64,000 nt of DNA. It comes from an uncultured Acidobacteriota bacterium (GTDB lineage Bacteria; Acidobacteriota; Vicinamibacteria; Fen-336). This document shows positions 17,312 to 27,644 of the stretch, in pieces; within the stretch, counting starts at the first letter, position 1, and every line of letters starts with the position of its first letter. The position numbers and the translations under genes were made by a program. Location: NCBI GenBank assembly GCA_963720545.1, contig OY970399.1, positions 2,336,001-2,400,000 of the forward strand, in the 5' to 3' direction. Below the pieces are notes generated by a model. The model was not told the DNA's origin, made no database searches, and saw only the letters and a list, made by a program, of their open reading frames with translations.

Positions 17312-17755
17312 ATGCTTCGCGGTAATCATCCAGCTCGGGTCGACGACAAGGGACGCCTCAAGATCCCCAACGGATTTCGCTCGTTCATCACGTCCCAGCA
17401 CGGCACCGAGCTGTTCGTCACGAGCCTCAGCGGCGAGCACGTCCGCATCTATCCCATGCCGATCTGGCTCGAGATCGAGCGCAAGCTTCTGACCGTCCCG
17501 TCCACCAACCCGTCGCGGGCCCGCTTCCTCGACCGGGTGAACTTCTTCGGCCAGGCCGTTTCGCTCGACCCGCAGGGCCGGGTACTGCTGCCGCAGCTGC
17601 TGCGCGAACGCGCCGCGATGCAGGGCGACGTCTGCGTCCTCGGCCTGCAGAACCAGCTCGCCGTGTGGAACAAGGAGCGCCTCAGCGAGCGGCTCTTCAA
17701 GCAGGACCCGTTCACCGACGAGGACGCCCGCGCGCTCTCGGAGTTCGGGATCTGA
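17312..17755 (+). CDS. mraZ: MraZ transcriptional regulator, paralogue 2
   Basis: MLRG..VDDKGRLKIP and LDPQGRVLLP..LRE..VLG..VW. Confidence 0.92.
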   Translation: MLRGNHPARVDDKGRLKIPNGFRSFITSQHGTELFVTSLSGEHVRIYPMPIWLEIERKLLTVPSTNPSRARFLDRVNFFGQAVSLDPQGRVLLPQLLRERAAMQGDVCVLGLQNQLAVWNKERLSERLFKQDPFTDEDARALSEFGI

Positions 17756-17756
17756 T

Positions 17757-18638
17757 GTGGCGATCGCCCACGAGAGCGTCCTGCTCGACGAAACGATGCG
17801 GTGGCTCGCGGTGAAGCCGGACGGCCGGTACTTCGACGGCACGGTTGGCCTTGGCGGCCATGCCGAAGCGATCCTGCAGCGCAGCGCGCCCGCCGGCACG
17901 CTGATCGGCATGGACCGCGACGCCGAGGCGCTGGCGCTGGCGCGGGAACGGCTCAAGCCGTTCGGCGCGCGCTGCGCGCTGCACCACGGCGACTTCCGCG
18001 CGGCCGCGCCGCTGATCGCGGCCGCGCCGCTCGACGGCGCCATCGTCGACCTCGGCACGAGCGCGCTGCAGCTGCGCGACCCGGAGCGTGGCTTCAGCTT
18101 TCGCGCCGACGCGCCGCTCGACATGCGCATGGACCGAAGCTCGGGCGAGACCGCAGCCGATGCGCTGCGCCGCCTCAGCGAGAAGGAACTCGCCGACGTC
18201 CTGCACTTCTACGGCGAGGAGCGGTACGCGCGGCGCATCGCGCGCGCGATCGTCGCGGCGCGCCGCAGCCACCCGCTGCGCACCACCACAGAACTCGCGA
18301 CGCTGGTGCGCCGCAACGCGCCGCGCTCGGCGCGTCCCGGCCACGACGCTGCCACCCGCACCTTCCAGGCGCTGCGCATCTACGTCAACGACGAGCTGCG
18401 GGCGCTCGGCGAAGCGCTGGCACAGCTGGCGCAGAGCCTCGCGTCTGGCGGCCGGCTGGTGGTGATCGCGTTCCACAGTCTCGAGGACCGCGCCGCCAAG
18501 CTCGCTTTGCGCGGCCTGCCGCGCGCCGAGTTCACGGTGCTGACGCGCAAGCCGCAGCGGCCGGGCGAGGCAGAAGTGGCGAGGAACCCGTCGGCGCGCA
18601 GCGCCTGCCTGCGCGCGGTCGAGCGAGTGGCCGCGTGA
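17757..18638 (+). CDS. rsmH: 16S rRNA m4C1402 methyltransferase
   Basis: HESVLL, DGTVGLGGHA, RGFSF..PLDMRMD, FQALRI.VN.EL, FHSLEDR, NPSARSA. Confidence 0.95.
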   Translation: MAIAHESVLLDETMRWLAVKPDGRYFDGTVGLGGHAEAILQRSAPAGTLIGMDRDAEALALARERLKPFGARCALHHGDFRAAAPLIAAAPLDGAIVDLGTSALQLRDPERGFSFRADAPLDMRMDRSSGETAADALRRLSEKELADVLHFYGEERYARRIARAIVAARRSHPLRTTTELATLVRRNAPRSARPGHDAATRTFQALRIYVNDELRALGEALAQLAQSLASGGRLVVIAFHSLEDRAAKLALRGLPRAEFTVLTRKPQRPGEAEVARNPSARSACLRAVERVAA

Positions 18639-19078
18639 ACGCGCGCAACCGCAGCGCCCTGTTCGCCAAGGCGATCGACAACTCGCAGGTGATCCGCGAG
18701 CGCGATCCGCACGCCCACCGCCGGCTCGGCACGGTACTGCTGGTGGTCGCGCTCCTGGTCGGCGGGCTGGTGCTCTACGCCTGGCCGCACTTCGAGTCGC
18801 TGCAGACCGGGATGGCGGCGGAGCAGCTGCAACGCGAGAAGGAGCGCCTGCGCGAGGAGAACCGCAAGCTGCAGCTCGAGCGCGCGACGCTCGAGGACCT
18901 GGCGCGCGTCGAAACGATCGCCGCGCGCCGCCTTGGGCTCGAGAAGCCAAAGCCGGGACAGGTCGTGGTGGTGGAGCGACTGCCCGCCGCCGCTGCCGAC
19001 GAGCGCAGCGCGCGCCGCTCGGCGCGCGAGGACAAGAGCCGGGACCGCGATGACGACCAGCGGGAGCGCCGCCAGTGA
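18635..19078 (+). CDS. ftsL: Cell division protein FtsL
   Basis: Single TM helix, leucine coiled coil, RVETIAARRLGL; canonical position between rsmH and ftsI. Confidence 0.85.
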   Translation: MNARNRSALFAKAIDNSQVIRERDPHAHRRLGTVLLVVALLVGGLVLYAWPHFESLQTGMAAEQLQREKERLREENRKLQLERATLEDLARVETIAARRLGLEKPKPGQVVVVERLPAAAADERSARRSAREDKSRDRDDDQRERRQ

Positions 19079-21141
19079 GCGAGGCGCGTCCGATGCTGGT
19101 GCCGCCGCTCACGCCGGAGGCCGCCGCGCGCGCCAACCAGTTGACGCGGCTGCGGCTGATGCTCGTCGGGCTGGCGGCGAGCGCCTGGTGCCTGGTGATC
19201 GTCTTTCGCCTGGTGCAGCTGCAGGTCCTCGACCGCGGCTTTTTCCTGAAGCGCGCCGCCCGCCAGAGCGAGCGCACCATCAACCTCGACCCGCGCCGCG
19301 GACCGATCCTCGACCGCAACGGCCGCTCGCTGGCGGTGTCGGTCGACGCCGAGAGCGTCTACGCCGTGCCGCAGGACGTCGAGCGCCCGGTGCAGACGGC
19401 GGCGGCGCTGGCGCAGGCGCTGGGACTCACCGGGCAGGAGCGCGGCGAGGTGCTGGAGCAGCTGCGCAAGACCCGCGGCTTCGTCTGGATCAAGCGCAAG
19501 GTCGATCCGGCGCGGGCGCGCGCGGTGCGCGAGGCGCAGCTCGAAGGCGTCGGCCTGCTCACCGAGAACCGCCGCTACTATCCGAAGCGCGAGCTGGCGG
19601 CGCAGGTGCTGGGCTACGTCGGCATCGACAACGCCGGCATGAGCGGCGTCGAGTACGCGCTCGACCGGGACATCCGCGGCCACGCCGCGAAGGTGGTGGT
19701 CGAAACCGATGCGCGCCGCCGGCCGCTGAGCCACGTCGAGAAGCCCTCGACGGACGGCGCCACCATCACGCTCACCATCGACGAGGCGCTGCAGCACATC
19801 GCCGAAACCGAGCTCGACCGCGCGATGGACGAGACGCACGCGCTCACCGGGATGGTGGTGGTCATGGATCCGGTGACCGGCGAGGTGCTGGCGCTCGCCA
19901 ACCGGCCGACCTTCAACCCCAACCGCTTCGCCGACTTCACCAGCGCGGGCTGGCGCAACCGCGCGGTCGCCGATGCCTACGAGCCCGGCAGCATCTTCAA
20001 GATCGTGGCGGCAGCCGGCGCGCTGCAGGAGCAGGTGGCCGAGCCCGGGGAGATCATCGACTGCGGCGACGGCCACATCGAGATCGGCGGCGTGCGCATC
20101 AACGACCACAAGGTGTTCCACCGGCTGTCGTTCCAGGACGTGGTCGCCGAGTCGAGCGACATCGGCACCATCCGGCTGGCGCAGCGCCTCGGGCGCGAGA
20201 ACTTCAACCGCTACATGCGCGACTTCGGCTTCGGCGTGCCCACCGGCATCGAGCTGCCGGGCGAGTCGCCGGGCCTGCTGAAGCCGCTGGCGCGCTGGGG
20301 CAGCCTGTCGCTCGCCGTGATGTCGTTCGGCCAGGAGATGGCGGTGACCGGGGTGCAGATGGCCGCCGCCACCGCCGCGGTCGCGAACGGCGGCCGCCTG
20401 ATGAAGCCGCAGATCCTGCAGCGGGTCGCCGACAAGGACGGCCGCGTGCTGCGCGAGTTCCAGCCCGCGGTAGTGCGCGAGTTCCTGCAGCCGCGCACCG
20501 TCTCGCTGCTCACCGACATGCTGGTGCGGGTCGTGACCGACGGGACCGGCAAGCGCGCCGCGGTCGCGGGCTACACGGTCGCCGGCAAGACCGGCACCGC
20601 GCAGAAAATCGATCCGCGCACCCGCGCCTACTCGGCCACCGACCATGTTGCCTCGTTCGTCGGCTTCGTGCCGGTGGCGCAGCCGGCGCTCGTCATCGTC
20701 ACGACGCTCGACTCGCCGCGCGGCCAGTACCACGGCGGCGAGGTGGCGGCGCCGCTGTTCGCGCGCGTCGCCGAAGCGTCGCTGCGGCGGCTCGCGATAC
20801 CGCCGGACGACCCGCTGCGCCGGCTGCGGGTGCGCGAGCCGAGCCCGCTGCGTGAAGCCGCCTACCATCCTCCCGCGCCGCTCGTGGCGCCCGCGCCCGT
20901 TGCGATCGGCGACGGCGCCGCGCTGATGCCCGACCTGCGCGGCCTCTCGGCGCGCGACGCGGCGCTCGCCGCCGCCCGCCTCGGCCTCATCGTCAGGCTG
21001 CGCGGCACGGGCAGGGTCGCGGCGCAGGTGCCGCAGCCGGGCGAGGAGGTCGCGGCTGGTGCCGCCTGCTCGTTGCTCCTCGGCGACGCCGCAGCGCCCG
21101 GTGCCGTGGCAGGAACCGCGGCCGACGGGACGCTTCGTTGA
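19075..21141 (+). CDS. ftsI: Class B penicillin-binding protein with PASTA-like C-terminus
   Basis: RGPILDRNG, EPGSIFK, SSD, KTGTAQK, MPDLRGLS. Confidence 0.95.
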   Translation: MSEARPMLVPPLTPEAAARANQLTRLRLMLVGLAASAWCLVIVFRLVQLQVLDRGFFLKRAARQSERTINLDPRRGPILDRNGRSLAVSVDAESVYAVPQDVERPVQTAAALAQALGLTGQERGEVLEQLRKTRGFVWIKRKVDPARARAVREAQLEGVGLLTENRRYYPKRELAAQVLGYVGIDNAGMSGVEYALDRDIRGHAAKVVVETDARRRPLSHVEKPSTDGATITLTIDEALQHIAETELDRAMDETHALTGMVVVMDPVTGEVLALANRPTFNPNRFADFTSAGWRNRAVADAYEPGSIFKIVAAAGALQEQVAEPGEIIDCGDGHIEIGGVRINDHKVFHRLSFQDVVAESSDIGTIRLAQRLGRENFNRYMRDFGFGVPTGIELPGESPGLLKPLARWGSLSLAVMSFGQEMAVTGVQMAAATAAVANGGRLMKPQILQRVADKDGRVLREFQPAVVREFLQPRTVSLLTDMLVRVVTDGTGKRAAVAGYTVAGKTGTAQKIDPRTRAYSATDHVASFVGFVPVAQPALVIVTTLDSPRGQYHGGEVAAPLFARVAEASLRRLAIPPDDPLRRLRVREPSPLREAAYHPPAPLVAPAPVAIGDGAALMPDLRGLSARDAALAAARLGLIVRLRGTGRVAAQVPQPGEEVAAGAACSLLLGDAAAPGAVAGTAADGTLR

Positions 21142-22628
21142 GGCTCGACGCCCTGGCGGCGCGGCTTCGGGGCGCCGAACTCTCCGGTGACGGTGCCGCC
21201 GAAGTCGACATCCGCCAGGTGGCCCACGACTCGCGCGGCGTCAAGCCTGGCGCCTTGTTCGTCGCCATTCGCGGCCTGCTGGCGGACGGCAACGACTTCA
21301 TAGACCAGGCGCTGAAGCAAGGCGCCGTGGCGATCTGCTCGGAGGCGCCGGCCCGCCCCGGCGTCGCGTGGCTGCGCGCCCCCGACGCGCGCGAGGCGCT
21401 GGCGCTGCTCGCGGCCGAGTTCTTCGTGCGTCCCGCCGAGGCGCTGCGCCTCGTCGGGGTGACGGGAACCAACGGCAAGACCACGACCACTTACCTGATA
21501 GAGGCGGCGCTGCGCGAATGCGGCCAGAAGGCGGGGCTGATCGGCACCATCCAGTACCGGATCGGCGGCAGCTTGTGGGAGTCCGAGCGCACCACTCCGG
21601 AATCGTCCGACCTGCAGGCGCTGTTCGCGCGCATGCGCGACGCTGCCTGCAGCCACGTGGTGATGGAGGTGTCCTCGCACGCGCTGGTCATGAAGCGCCT
21701 GGTCGGCACCACCTTCGCGGTCGCGGTGTTTACCAACCTGACCCGCGACCACCTCGATTTCCACGGCGACATGGATTCGTACTTCGCCGCCAAGCAGCTG
21801 CTGTTCGACACCTACCTGCGCAGCGACGGCGTCGCCGTGATCAACGCCGACGACGACCGCGCCGCTCTGCTGCAAAAGCGCAGCCGCGGCCGGGTGCTCA
21901 CCTACGGCATCGAGAAGGCTGCCGAGGTGCGCGCGCACGACCTGGTTCTGAGCCTCGACGGCGCGCGCTTCACCGCGCGCACGCCGCAGGGCGACGTCGA
22001 GATCGCGAGCCCGCTGCTCGGCCGTTTCAACGTCCACAACGTGCTGGCGGCGCTCGCCGCTTCGCTGGCGCTGGGCCTGCCGCTCGCGGCCGCGGCGCGC
22101 GGCATCACTTCGGTCAGCGGCGTCGCGGGGCGCATGGAGCGGGTGGCGGCGCCCGATCTCGGCTTCGCGGTGATCGTCGACTACGCCCATACCGACGACG
22201 CGCTGCGCAAGCTGCTCGAGACGGTGCGCGACCTGAAGCCACGCCGCGTCATCACCGTGTTCGGCTGCGGCGGCGACCGCGACCGCAGCAAACGGCCGCT
22301 GATGGGCGCGGTTGCCGGGCGCCTTTCCGATATTGTCGTCATCACCTCCGACAACCCACGCAGCGAACCGCCCGAGGCGATCATCGACGAAATCCAGAAG
22401 GGCATCAACGGCGGCTCGCGCGCGGTCGAGCGCTTCGCCATCGTCGACCGCCGCGAGGCGATTGCGAAGGCGCTGGAGCTGGCGCGCGCCGGCGACGCCG
22501 TGGTGCTGGCCGGCAAGGGCCACGAGACCTACCAGGTGCTGCGCGACCGCCAGGTGCCGTTCGACGACCGGCAGGTGGCGAAGGACGTGCTGAACCGCCT
22601 CGCCGACGGGCGCAGGGCAAAGGCGTGA
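21138..22628 (+). CDS. murE: UDP-MurNAc-tripeptide synthetase (meso-DAP type)
   Basis: GTNGKTTT, MEVSSH, TNLTRDHLDFH, DYAHT, GGDRD, DNPR, GKGHE. Confidence 0.96.
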   Translation: MRLDALAARLRGAELSGDGAAEVDIRQVAHDSRGVKPGALFVAIRGLLADGNDFIDQALKQGAVAICSEAPARPGVAWLRAPDAREALALLAAEFFVRPAEALRLVGVTGTNGKTTTTYLIEAALRECGQKAGLIGTIQYRIGGSLWESERTTPESSDLQALFARMRDAACSHVVMEVSSHALVMKRLVGTTFAVAVFTNLTRDHLDFHGDMDSYFAAKQLLFDTYLRSDGVAVINADDDRAALLQKRSRGRVLTYGIEKAAEVRAHDLVLSLDGARFTARTPQGDVEIASPLLGRFNVHNVLAALAASLALGLPLAAAARGITSVSGVAGRMERVAAPDLGFAVIVDYAHTDDALRKLLETVRDLKPRRVITVFGCGGDRDRSKRPLMGAVAGRLSDIVVITSDNPRSEPPEAIIDEIQKGINGGSRAVERFAIVDRREAIAKALELARAGDAVVLAGKGHETYQVLRDRQVPFDDRQVAKDVLNRLADGRRAKA

Positions 22629-24037
22629 TGGGTGGCATCGCGACCTTGAGAGCGACCCTCGGCATCGACGACATCCTCCAGGGCACCGGCGGCCGCCTCG
22701 CAGGCGCGGGTGCCGCGGCGCCGCCGGCGAGCGGGGTCTCGATCGATTCGCGCACGGTGGCGCGCGGCGAGGTGTTCTTCGCGATTCGCGGCCCGAACTT
22801 CGACGGCCACCGGTTCACCGCCGAAGCCGCGGCGCGTGGTGCCCGCATGCTGGTCATCGCGGACGAGTCGGCAGCGGTCGCCGCGCTGCCGTCGGTGGTG
22901 GTGAAGGACACGACACTCGCGCTTGGCGACCTGGCGCGGCACTTCCGCCTCGCCGCCGGCATTCCGGTGGTGGGCATCACCGGATCGATGGGCAAGACGA
23001 CCACCAAGGAAATGACCGCGGCGATGCTGGAAACGCGCGCTCCGGTGCTGCGCACCCAGGGCAACCTCAACAACCGCTTCGGGCTGCCGCTCTCGATCCT
23101 GCGGCTCGGCGCGAACGACTCTGCGGCGGTCCTCGAGATGGGCATGTCGGCGGCCGGTGAGATGCGCGAGCTGTCCGGCATCGCCCGGCCCGACGTCGCG
23201 GTCATCACCAACGTGGCACCGGTGCACCTCGAGTTTTTCGCTTCGCTCGACGCGATCGCAGCCGCCAAGGCCGAGATCCTCGAGGGCCTGCAGCCGGGCG
23301 GCGTGGCGGTGCTGAACGGGGACGACCCGCGGCTGCGCGCGGTGGGCGAGCGTCACCGGGGCCCGGTCATCTGGTTCGGCAAGCAGCGCGCCTTCGCGGT
23401 GTGCGGAGAGAACTGGCGCGGCACCACCCGCGGCATGCGCTTCGACCTGCGCATCGGCGGCGAGACCGTGGACATCGCGCTGCCGTTCGCCGGCATCCAC
23501 TTCATGCACAACTTCCTTGCGGCAGCGGCCGCGGCCCACCATCTCGGCATCGCCCCGGCGCAGATCGCGGCGGCGGCGCCCGAGCTCTCGCCCGGAGCGC
23601 ACCGCGGCCGGGTGCTGCGGCTGCGCGGCGCGGTGACGCTCGTCGACGACTGCTACAACTCCAATCCGCAGGCGCTGGTCGCCGCGGTCGCGACCCTGGG
23701 ACTGCAGACGAGCGCGCGGCGCGTGGCGTTCGTCGGCGACATGCTCGAACTCGGCGCGCGCGCCGCCGAGCTGCACCGCGCGGCCGGCGAGAGCGTTGCC
23801 GACAAACTCGAGGTGGTGGTGGCGGTGGGGCCGCTCGCGGCGGAGTTTCTTGCCGGCGCTGTCGCGGGCAACCCGGCCCTCAAGGGACACGCGTTCGCAA
23901 CCGCTGCCGCGGCCGCGCAGGCCGCGAACGACATCGTCGTCGACGGCGACGCGGTGCTCGTCAAGGGTTCACGCAGCGTGCGCATGGAAGCGATCGTCAA
24001 CGCCCTGGTCGCGCACCGGGGAAGGACCGAGGTGTGA
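22628..24037 (+). CDS. murF: UDP-MurNAc-pentapeptide synthetase
   Basis: TGSMGKTTTKE, GNLNNRFG, EMGM, DDCYNSNP, GDMLELG, KGSR. Confidence 0.95.
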   Translation: MGGIATLRATLGIDDILQGTGGRLAGAGAAAPPASGVSIDSRTVARGEVFFAIRGPNFDGHRFTAEAAARGARMLVIADESAAVAALPSVVVKDTTLALGDLARHFRLAAGIPVVGITGSMGKTTTKEMTAAMLETRAPVLRTQGNLNNRFGLPLSILRLGANDSAAVLEMGMSAAGEMRELSGIARPDVAVITNVAPVHLEFFASLDAIAAAKAEILEGLQPGGVAVLNGDDPRLRAVGERHRGPVIWFGKQRAFAVCGENWRGTTRGMRFDLRIGGETVDIALPFAGIHFMHNFLAAAAAAHHLGIAPAQIAAAAPELSPGAHRGRVLRLRGAVTLVDDCYNSNPQALVAAVATLGLQTSARRVAFVGDMLELGARAAELHRAAGESVADKLEVVVAVGPLAAEFLAGAVAGNPALKGHAFATAAAAAQAANDIVVDGDAVLVKGSRSVRMEAIVNALVAHRGRTEV

Positions 24038-24040
24038 GCC

Positions 24041-25132
24041 TTGCTCTACCACCTCATCTACGCGCTGCGCAACGACGTGGCCGGTGCCGGAGTCGTCCGC
24101 TACATCACCGTGCGCACCGCGGTCGCCAGCCTGACGGCTCTGTTTCTGGTGCTGTTCCTCGGGCCGTTCATGATCGAGCGGCTGCGCCGGCTGCAGATCG
24201 GCCAGTACATCCGCGCCGAGGGGCCGCAGGCGCACCAGGTGAAGGCCGGCACGCCGACCATGGGCGGGCTGCTGATCATCGCCGGCATCGTCATCCCGAC
24301 GCTCCTCTGGGGCGACCTCACCAGCCGCCACGTCTGGCTGCTGATCTTCGCGACGCTGGGGTTTGGCGCGATCGGCTTCACCGACGATTACCTGAAGACG
24401 GTGCGCAAGCAGAACCTCGGCCTGCCGGGCCGCACCAAGCTGCTGCTCACCATCGGCATCGGCGTGGTGCTGGGCGGCGTCCTCTATCTCGAGTCGCGCG
24501 TCGACCCGACCCAGTACTCGACGCGGCTGGTGGTGCCGTTCTTCAAGAACATGATGCCGGAGCTGGGCGCCTTCTACATCCTGTTCGCGACCGCGGTGCT
24601 GATCGGCTCGAGCCATGCGGTGAACGTCACCGACGGCCTCGACGGGCTGGCCATCGGCTCGACGCTCATTGCCGCCGCCGCCTTCACCGGCCTCACCTAC
24701 GTCACCGGCCACCGCAAGCTCTCGGAGTACCTCGACCTGTTGTTCCTGCCTGGCGCCGCGGAAGTGACGATCTTCTGCGGCGCGATGGTGGGCGCCGCCA
24801 TCGGCTTCCTGTGGTGGAACTGCTATCCCGCGCAGGTTTTCATGGGCGACACCGGCAGCCTGGCGCTCGGCGGCGCGCTCGGCACGGTGGCGGTCCTCAT
24901 CAAGCAGGAGCTGCTGCTGTTCTCGGTGGGCGGCCTGTTCGTGCTCGAGGCGCTGTCGGTGATCGTCCAGGTGGGCTCCTACAAGCTGCGCGGCAAACGC
25001 GTCTTCCGCATGGCGCCGCTGCATCACCACTTCGAGCTGGTCGGCTGGAAGGAGCCGCAGATCATCATCCGCTTCTGGATCGTGGCGTTCATCTTCGCGC
25101 TGTTCAGCCTGACCACAATCAAGCTGAGATAG
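24041..25132 (+). CDS. mraY: Phospho-N-acetylmuramoyl-pentapeptide transferase
   Basis: KAGTPTMGG, DDY, VNVTDGLDGL, FMGDTGS, MAPLHHHFE. Confidence 0.97.
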   Translation: MLYHLIYALRNDVAGAGVVRYITVRTAVASLTALFLVLFLGPFMIERLRRLQIGQYIRAEGPQAHQVKAGTPTMGGLLIIAGIVIPTLLWGDLTSRHVWLLIFATLGFGAIGFTDDYLKTVRKQNLGLPGRTKLLLTIGIGVVLGGVLYLESRVDPTQYSTRLVVPFFKNMMPELGAFYILFATAVLIGSSHAVNVTDGLDGLAIGSTLIAAAAFTGLTYVTGHRKLSEYLDLLFLPGAAEVTIFCGAMVGAAIGFLWWNCYPAQVFMGDTGSLALGGALGTVAVLIKQELLLFSVGGLFVLEALSVIVQVGSYKLRGKRVFRMAPLHHHFELVGWKEPQIIIRFWIVAFIFALFSLTTIKLR

Positions 25133-25147
25133 GCGAGTGAGGAGTCC

Positions 25148-26551
25148 TTGGAGCTTCGCGGCAAGCGCGTGGTCGTCGTCGGGTTGGCGCGGTCGGGCAT
25201 CGCGGCGGCGCGCGAACTCGTGGCCCGCGGCGCGCACGTCACGGCGCTCGACCGCAAGCGCGCCGCGGAGCTGGCGGCGGAAGCCATGAGCCTGCAAGCG
25301 GCGGGAGTGACGCTGCGGCTCGGCGGCGAAGGCGGCGACGTGCTGCGCCAGGCCGACCTCGTCGTGGTGTCGCCCGGCGTGCCGTGGATGCTCGGCGAAC
25401 TCGTGGACGCGCGCGCCTTGGTGCCGATGATCGGCGAGCTGGAGCTCGGCGCGCGCCTGCTGCGCGGCAGCATCGCGGCGATCACCGGCACCAAGGGCAA
25501 GTCGACGACCACGGCGGCGCTGGGCGCGATGCTGCGCGCCGGCCGCGCCCGGGCCGACGTGCGCGTCGGCGGCAACATCGGCAAGGCGCTCACCGAACTC
25601 ATCGCCGGCTCCAATGACGACACGCTGTTCGTGGTCGAGGCCTCGAGCTTCCAGCTGCAGGCAACCAGCGGCTTTCATCCGCGGCTCGCGGTGTTCCTGA
25701 ACCTCACGCCGGACCATCTCGACCAGCACCGCGACTTCGACGAGTACCAGGGCGCCAAGGCGCGCATCTTCGCCAATCAGCAGTCGTCGGACTTCGCGGT
25801 GGTGAATGCCGACGACCCCGCGGTGCTGCGCGCCGCACAGGCCGGGCGGGCGCGCATCGTGACCTTCACGGACTCCGGCACGCCGCCGCCGCCCGGCGGC
25901 GACGGCGCGTGGTTCCAGGGCGACCGCGCCATGCTGCGGCTGAGAGGCAGCGATGCCGACGACCAACAGCTGTTCCTGCGCTCGTCGCTCAGGCTGCGCG
26001 GCAGCCACCTGGCGCAGGACCTCCTGGCCGCGGCCACAGCCGCCCGCATCCTGGGCGCGGCGCCGCAAAACATCGCCGCTGCGGTGGCCGACTTCCGCGG
26101 CGCCGAGCATGTCCTGGAAGACGCGGGATCGCTCGGTGCCGTGGCGTTCGTCAACGACTCGAAGGCGACCAACGTCGCCGCTGCCAAGCGCAGCCTGGAG
26201 GCCTTCGATGGCCCGCTGGCGGTGATCCTCGGCGGCCGCCACAAGGGCGGCGACTTCGCCGAGCTGCTGCCGTATCTCGAGCGCGCCGACCGCACGGTCA
26301 TCGCCATCGGCGAGGCGCGCGTGCGCATCGTCGCCGACCTCGGCAAGCGCGCCATGGTCGTCGCCGCCGATTCGATGGACGAGGCGGTGCGTCTTGGCTA
26401 CGACGCGCTGCGCGGCGCAGCCAGGGGCGGCACGGTGCTGCTGGCGCCGGCCTGCTCATCCTTCGACATGTTCGCGGACTATGCGGCGCGCGGCCGTGCC
26501 TTCAAGGACGCGGTCGCGGCGCTGCGCGAGGCGCACCTTCACCATGGCTAG
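25148..26551 (+). CDS. murD: UDP-MurNAc-L-Ala:D-Glu ligase
   Basis: GLARSG, SPGVP, TGTKGKSTT, SSFQL, PDHLD, NDSKATN, APACSSFD. Confidence 0.95.
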   Translation: MELRGKRVVVVGLARSGIAAARELVARGAHVTALDRKRAAELAAEAMSLQAAGVTLRLGGEGGDVLRQADLVVVSPGVPWMLGELVDARALVPMIGELELGARLLRGSIAAITGTKGKSTTTAALGAMLRAGRARADVRVGGNIGKALTELIAGSNDDTLFVVEASSFQLQATSGFHPRLAVFLNLTPDHLDQHRDFDEYQGAKARIFANQQSSDFAVVNADDPAVLRAAQAGRARIVTFTDSGTPPPPGGDGAWFQGDRAMLRLRGSDADDQQLFLRSSLRLRGSHLAQDLLAAATAARILGAAPQNIAAAVADFRGAEHVLEDAGSLGAVAFVNDSKATNVAAAKRSLEAFDGPLAVILGGRHKGGDFAELLPYLERADRTVIAIGEARVRIVADLGKRAMVVAADSMDEAVRLGYDALRGAARGGTVLLAPACSSFDMFADYAARGRAFKDAVAALREAHLHHG

Positions 26552-27635
26552 GCGCCTCGCCGCCGACCTGCAGCTGCAGATCACGACCGCCGTGCTGGTC
26601 GGCACCGGCCTGGTGATGGTGTGGAGCGCGTCCTCGCCGCTCGCCCACGAGACGCAAGGCAGTGCCTACTATTTCTTCCTGCGCCAGGCGCTGTGGGCGG
26701 CCATCGGCCTCGCGGCGATGGTTGCCATCACGCGCCTCGACTACCGCCTGCTCAAGCAGCCGAAGGTGGTCTACGGCGCTGCCGGCATCACCATGGCGTG
26801 CCTGGTGCTGGTGCTGTTCCTGCCGGCGGTGAACGGCCACCACCGGTGGATCAGGCTCGGGCCGCTGTCGTTCCAGCCGGCCGAGCTCGCGAAGATCACG
26901 ACAGCGCTGTACATGGCGTACTTCATCGACCGCAAGCGCCAGCAGATCAACGAATTCCTGCCGGCGCTGCTGCCGGCGCTGATGTTCCTCGGCTGGTTCG
27001 GCTTCCTGATCTTCATCCAGTCCGACCTCGGCAGCGCCGCGGTCGTGATCTTCATCGGCGTTTCCATGCTGTTCCTCGCCGGCGTCAAGCTGCGCTATTT
27101 CGCGGCGCTCATCGGGCTCGGCATCCCGGTGCTCTACGAAGCCATCATGATGGCGGCGTACCGGCGCGACCGCATCGGCGCCTTCCTCGACCCGTGGTCG
27201 GATGCACGCGGCTCCGGCTACCAGATCATCCAGAGCCTGATCGCCGTCGGCACCGGCGGCATCACCGGCGTCGGCCTCATGGAAGGCCGGCAGAAGCTCT
27301 TCTACCTGCCCTATCCCTTCAGCGACTTCGTGTTCGCCGTGATCGGCGAGGAGCTGGGCCTCATCGGCGCGGTGCTGCTGGTCTTCGGCTTCCTGTTCTT
27401 CCTGTGGCGCGGCATCCGTGCGGCGTTCCGCGCGCCGGATCCCTTCGCCATGTTCCTCGCGGCCGGCCTCAGCGTCGCCATCGTTTCGCAGGCGCTCATC
27501 AACATCAGCGTGGTGCTCGGCCTGCTGCCCACCAAGGGCATCCCGCTGCCGTTCATCAGCGCCGGCGGCTCGTCGCTGCTCTTCACCCTGGTCGGCGTGG
27601 GGCTGATCCTGAATGTTTCCCAGCATGCGGACTGA
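26544..27635 (+). CDS. ftsW: SEDS peptidoglycan polymerase FtsW
   Basis: RWIRLG..FQPAELAK, GYQIIQS, DFVFAVIGEELG, PTKGIPLPFISAGGSS. Confidence 0.95.
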   Translation: MARRLAADLQLQITTAVLVGTGLVMVWSASSPLAHETQGSAYYFFLRQALWAAIGLAAMVAITRLDYRLLKQPKVVYGAAGITMACLVLVLFLPAVNGHHRWIRLGPLSFQPAELAKITTALYMAYFIDRKRQQINEFLPALLPALMFLGWFGFLIFIQSDLGSAAVVIFIGVSMLFLAGVKLRYFAALIGLGIPVLYEAIMMAAYRRDRIGAFLDPWSDARGSGYQIIQSLIAVGTGGITGVGLMEGRQKLFYLPYPFSDFVFAVIGEELGLIGAVLLVFGFLFFLWRGIRAAFRAPDPFAMFLAAGLSVAIVSQALINISVVLGLLPTKGIPLPFISAGGSSLLFTLVGVGLILNVSQHAD

Positions 27636-27644
27636 GGAGGAAAA

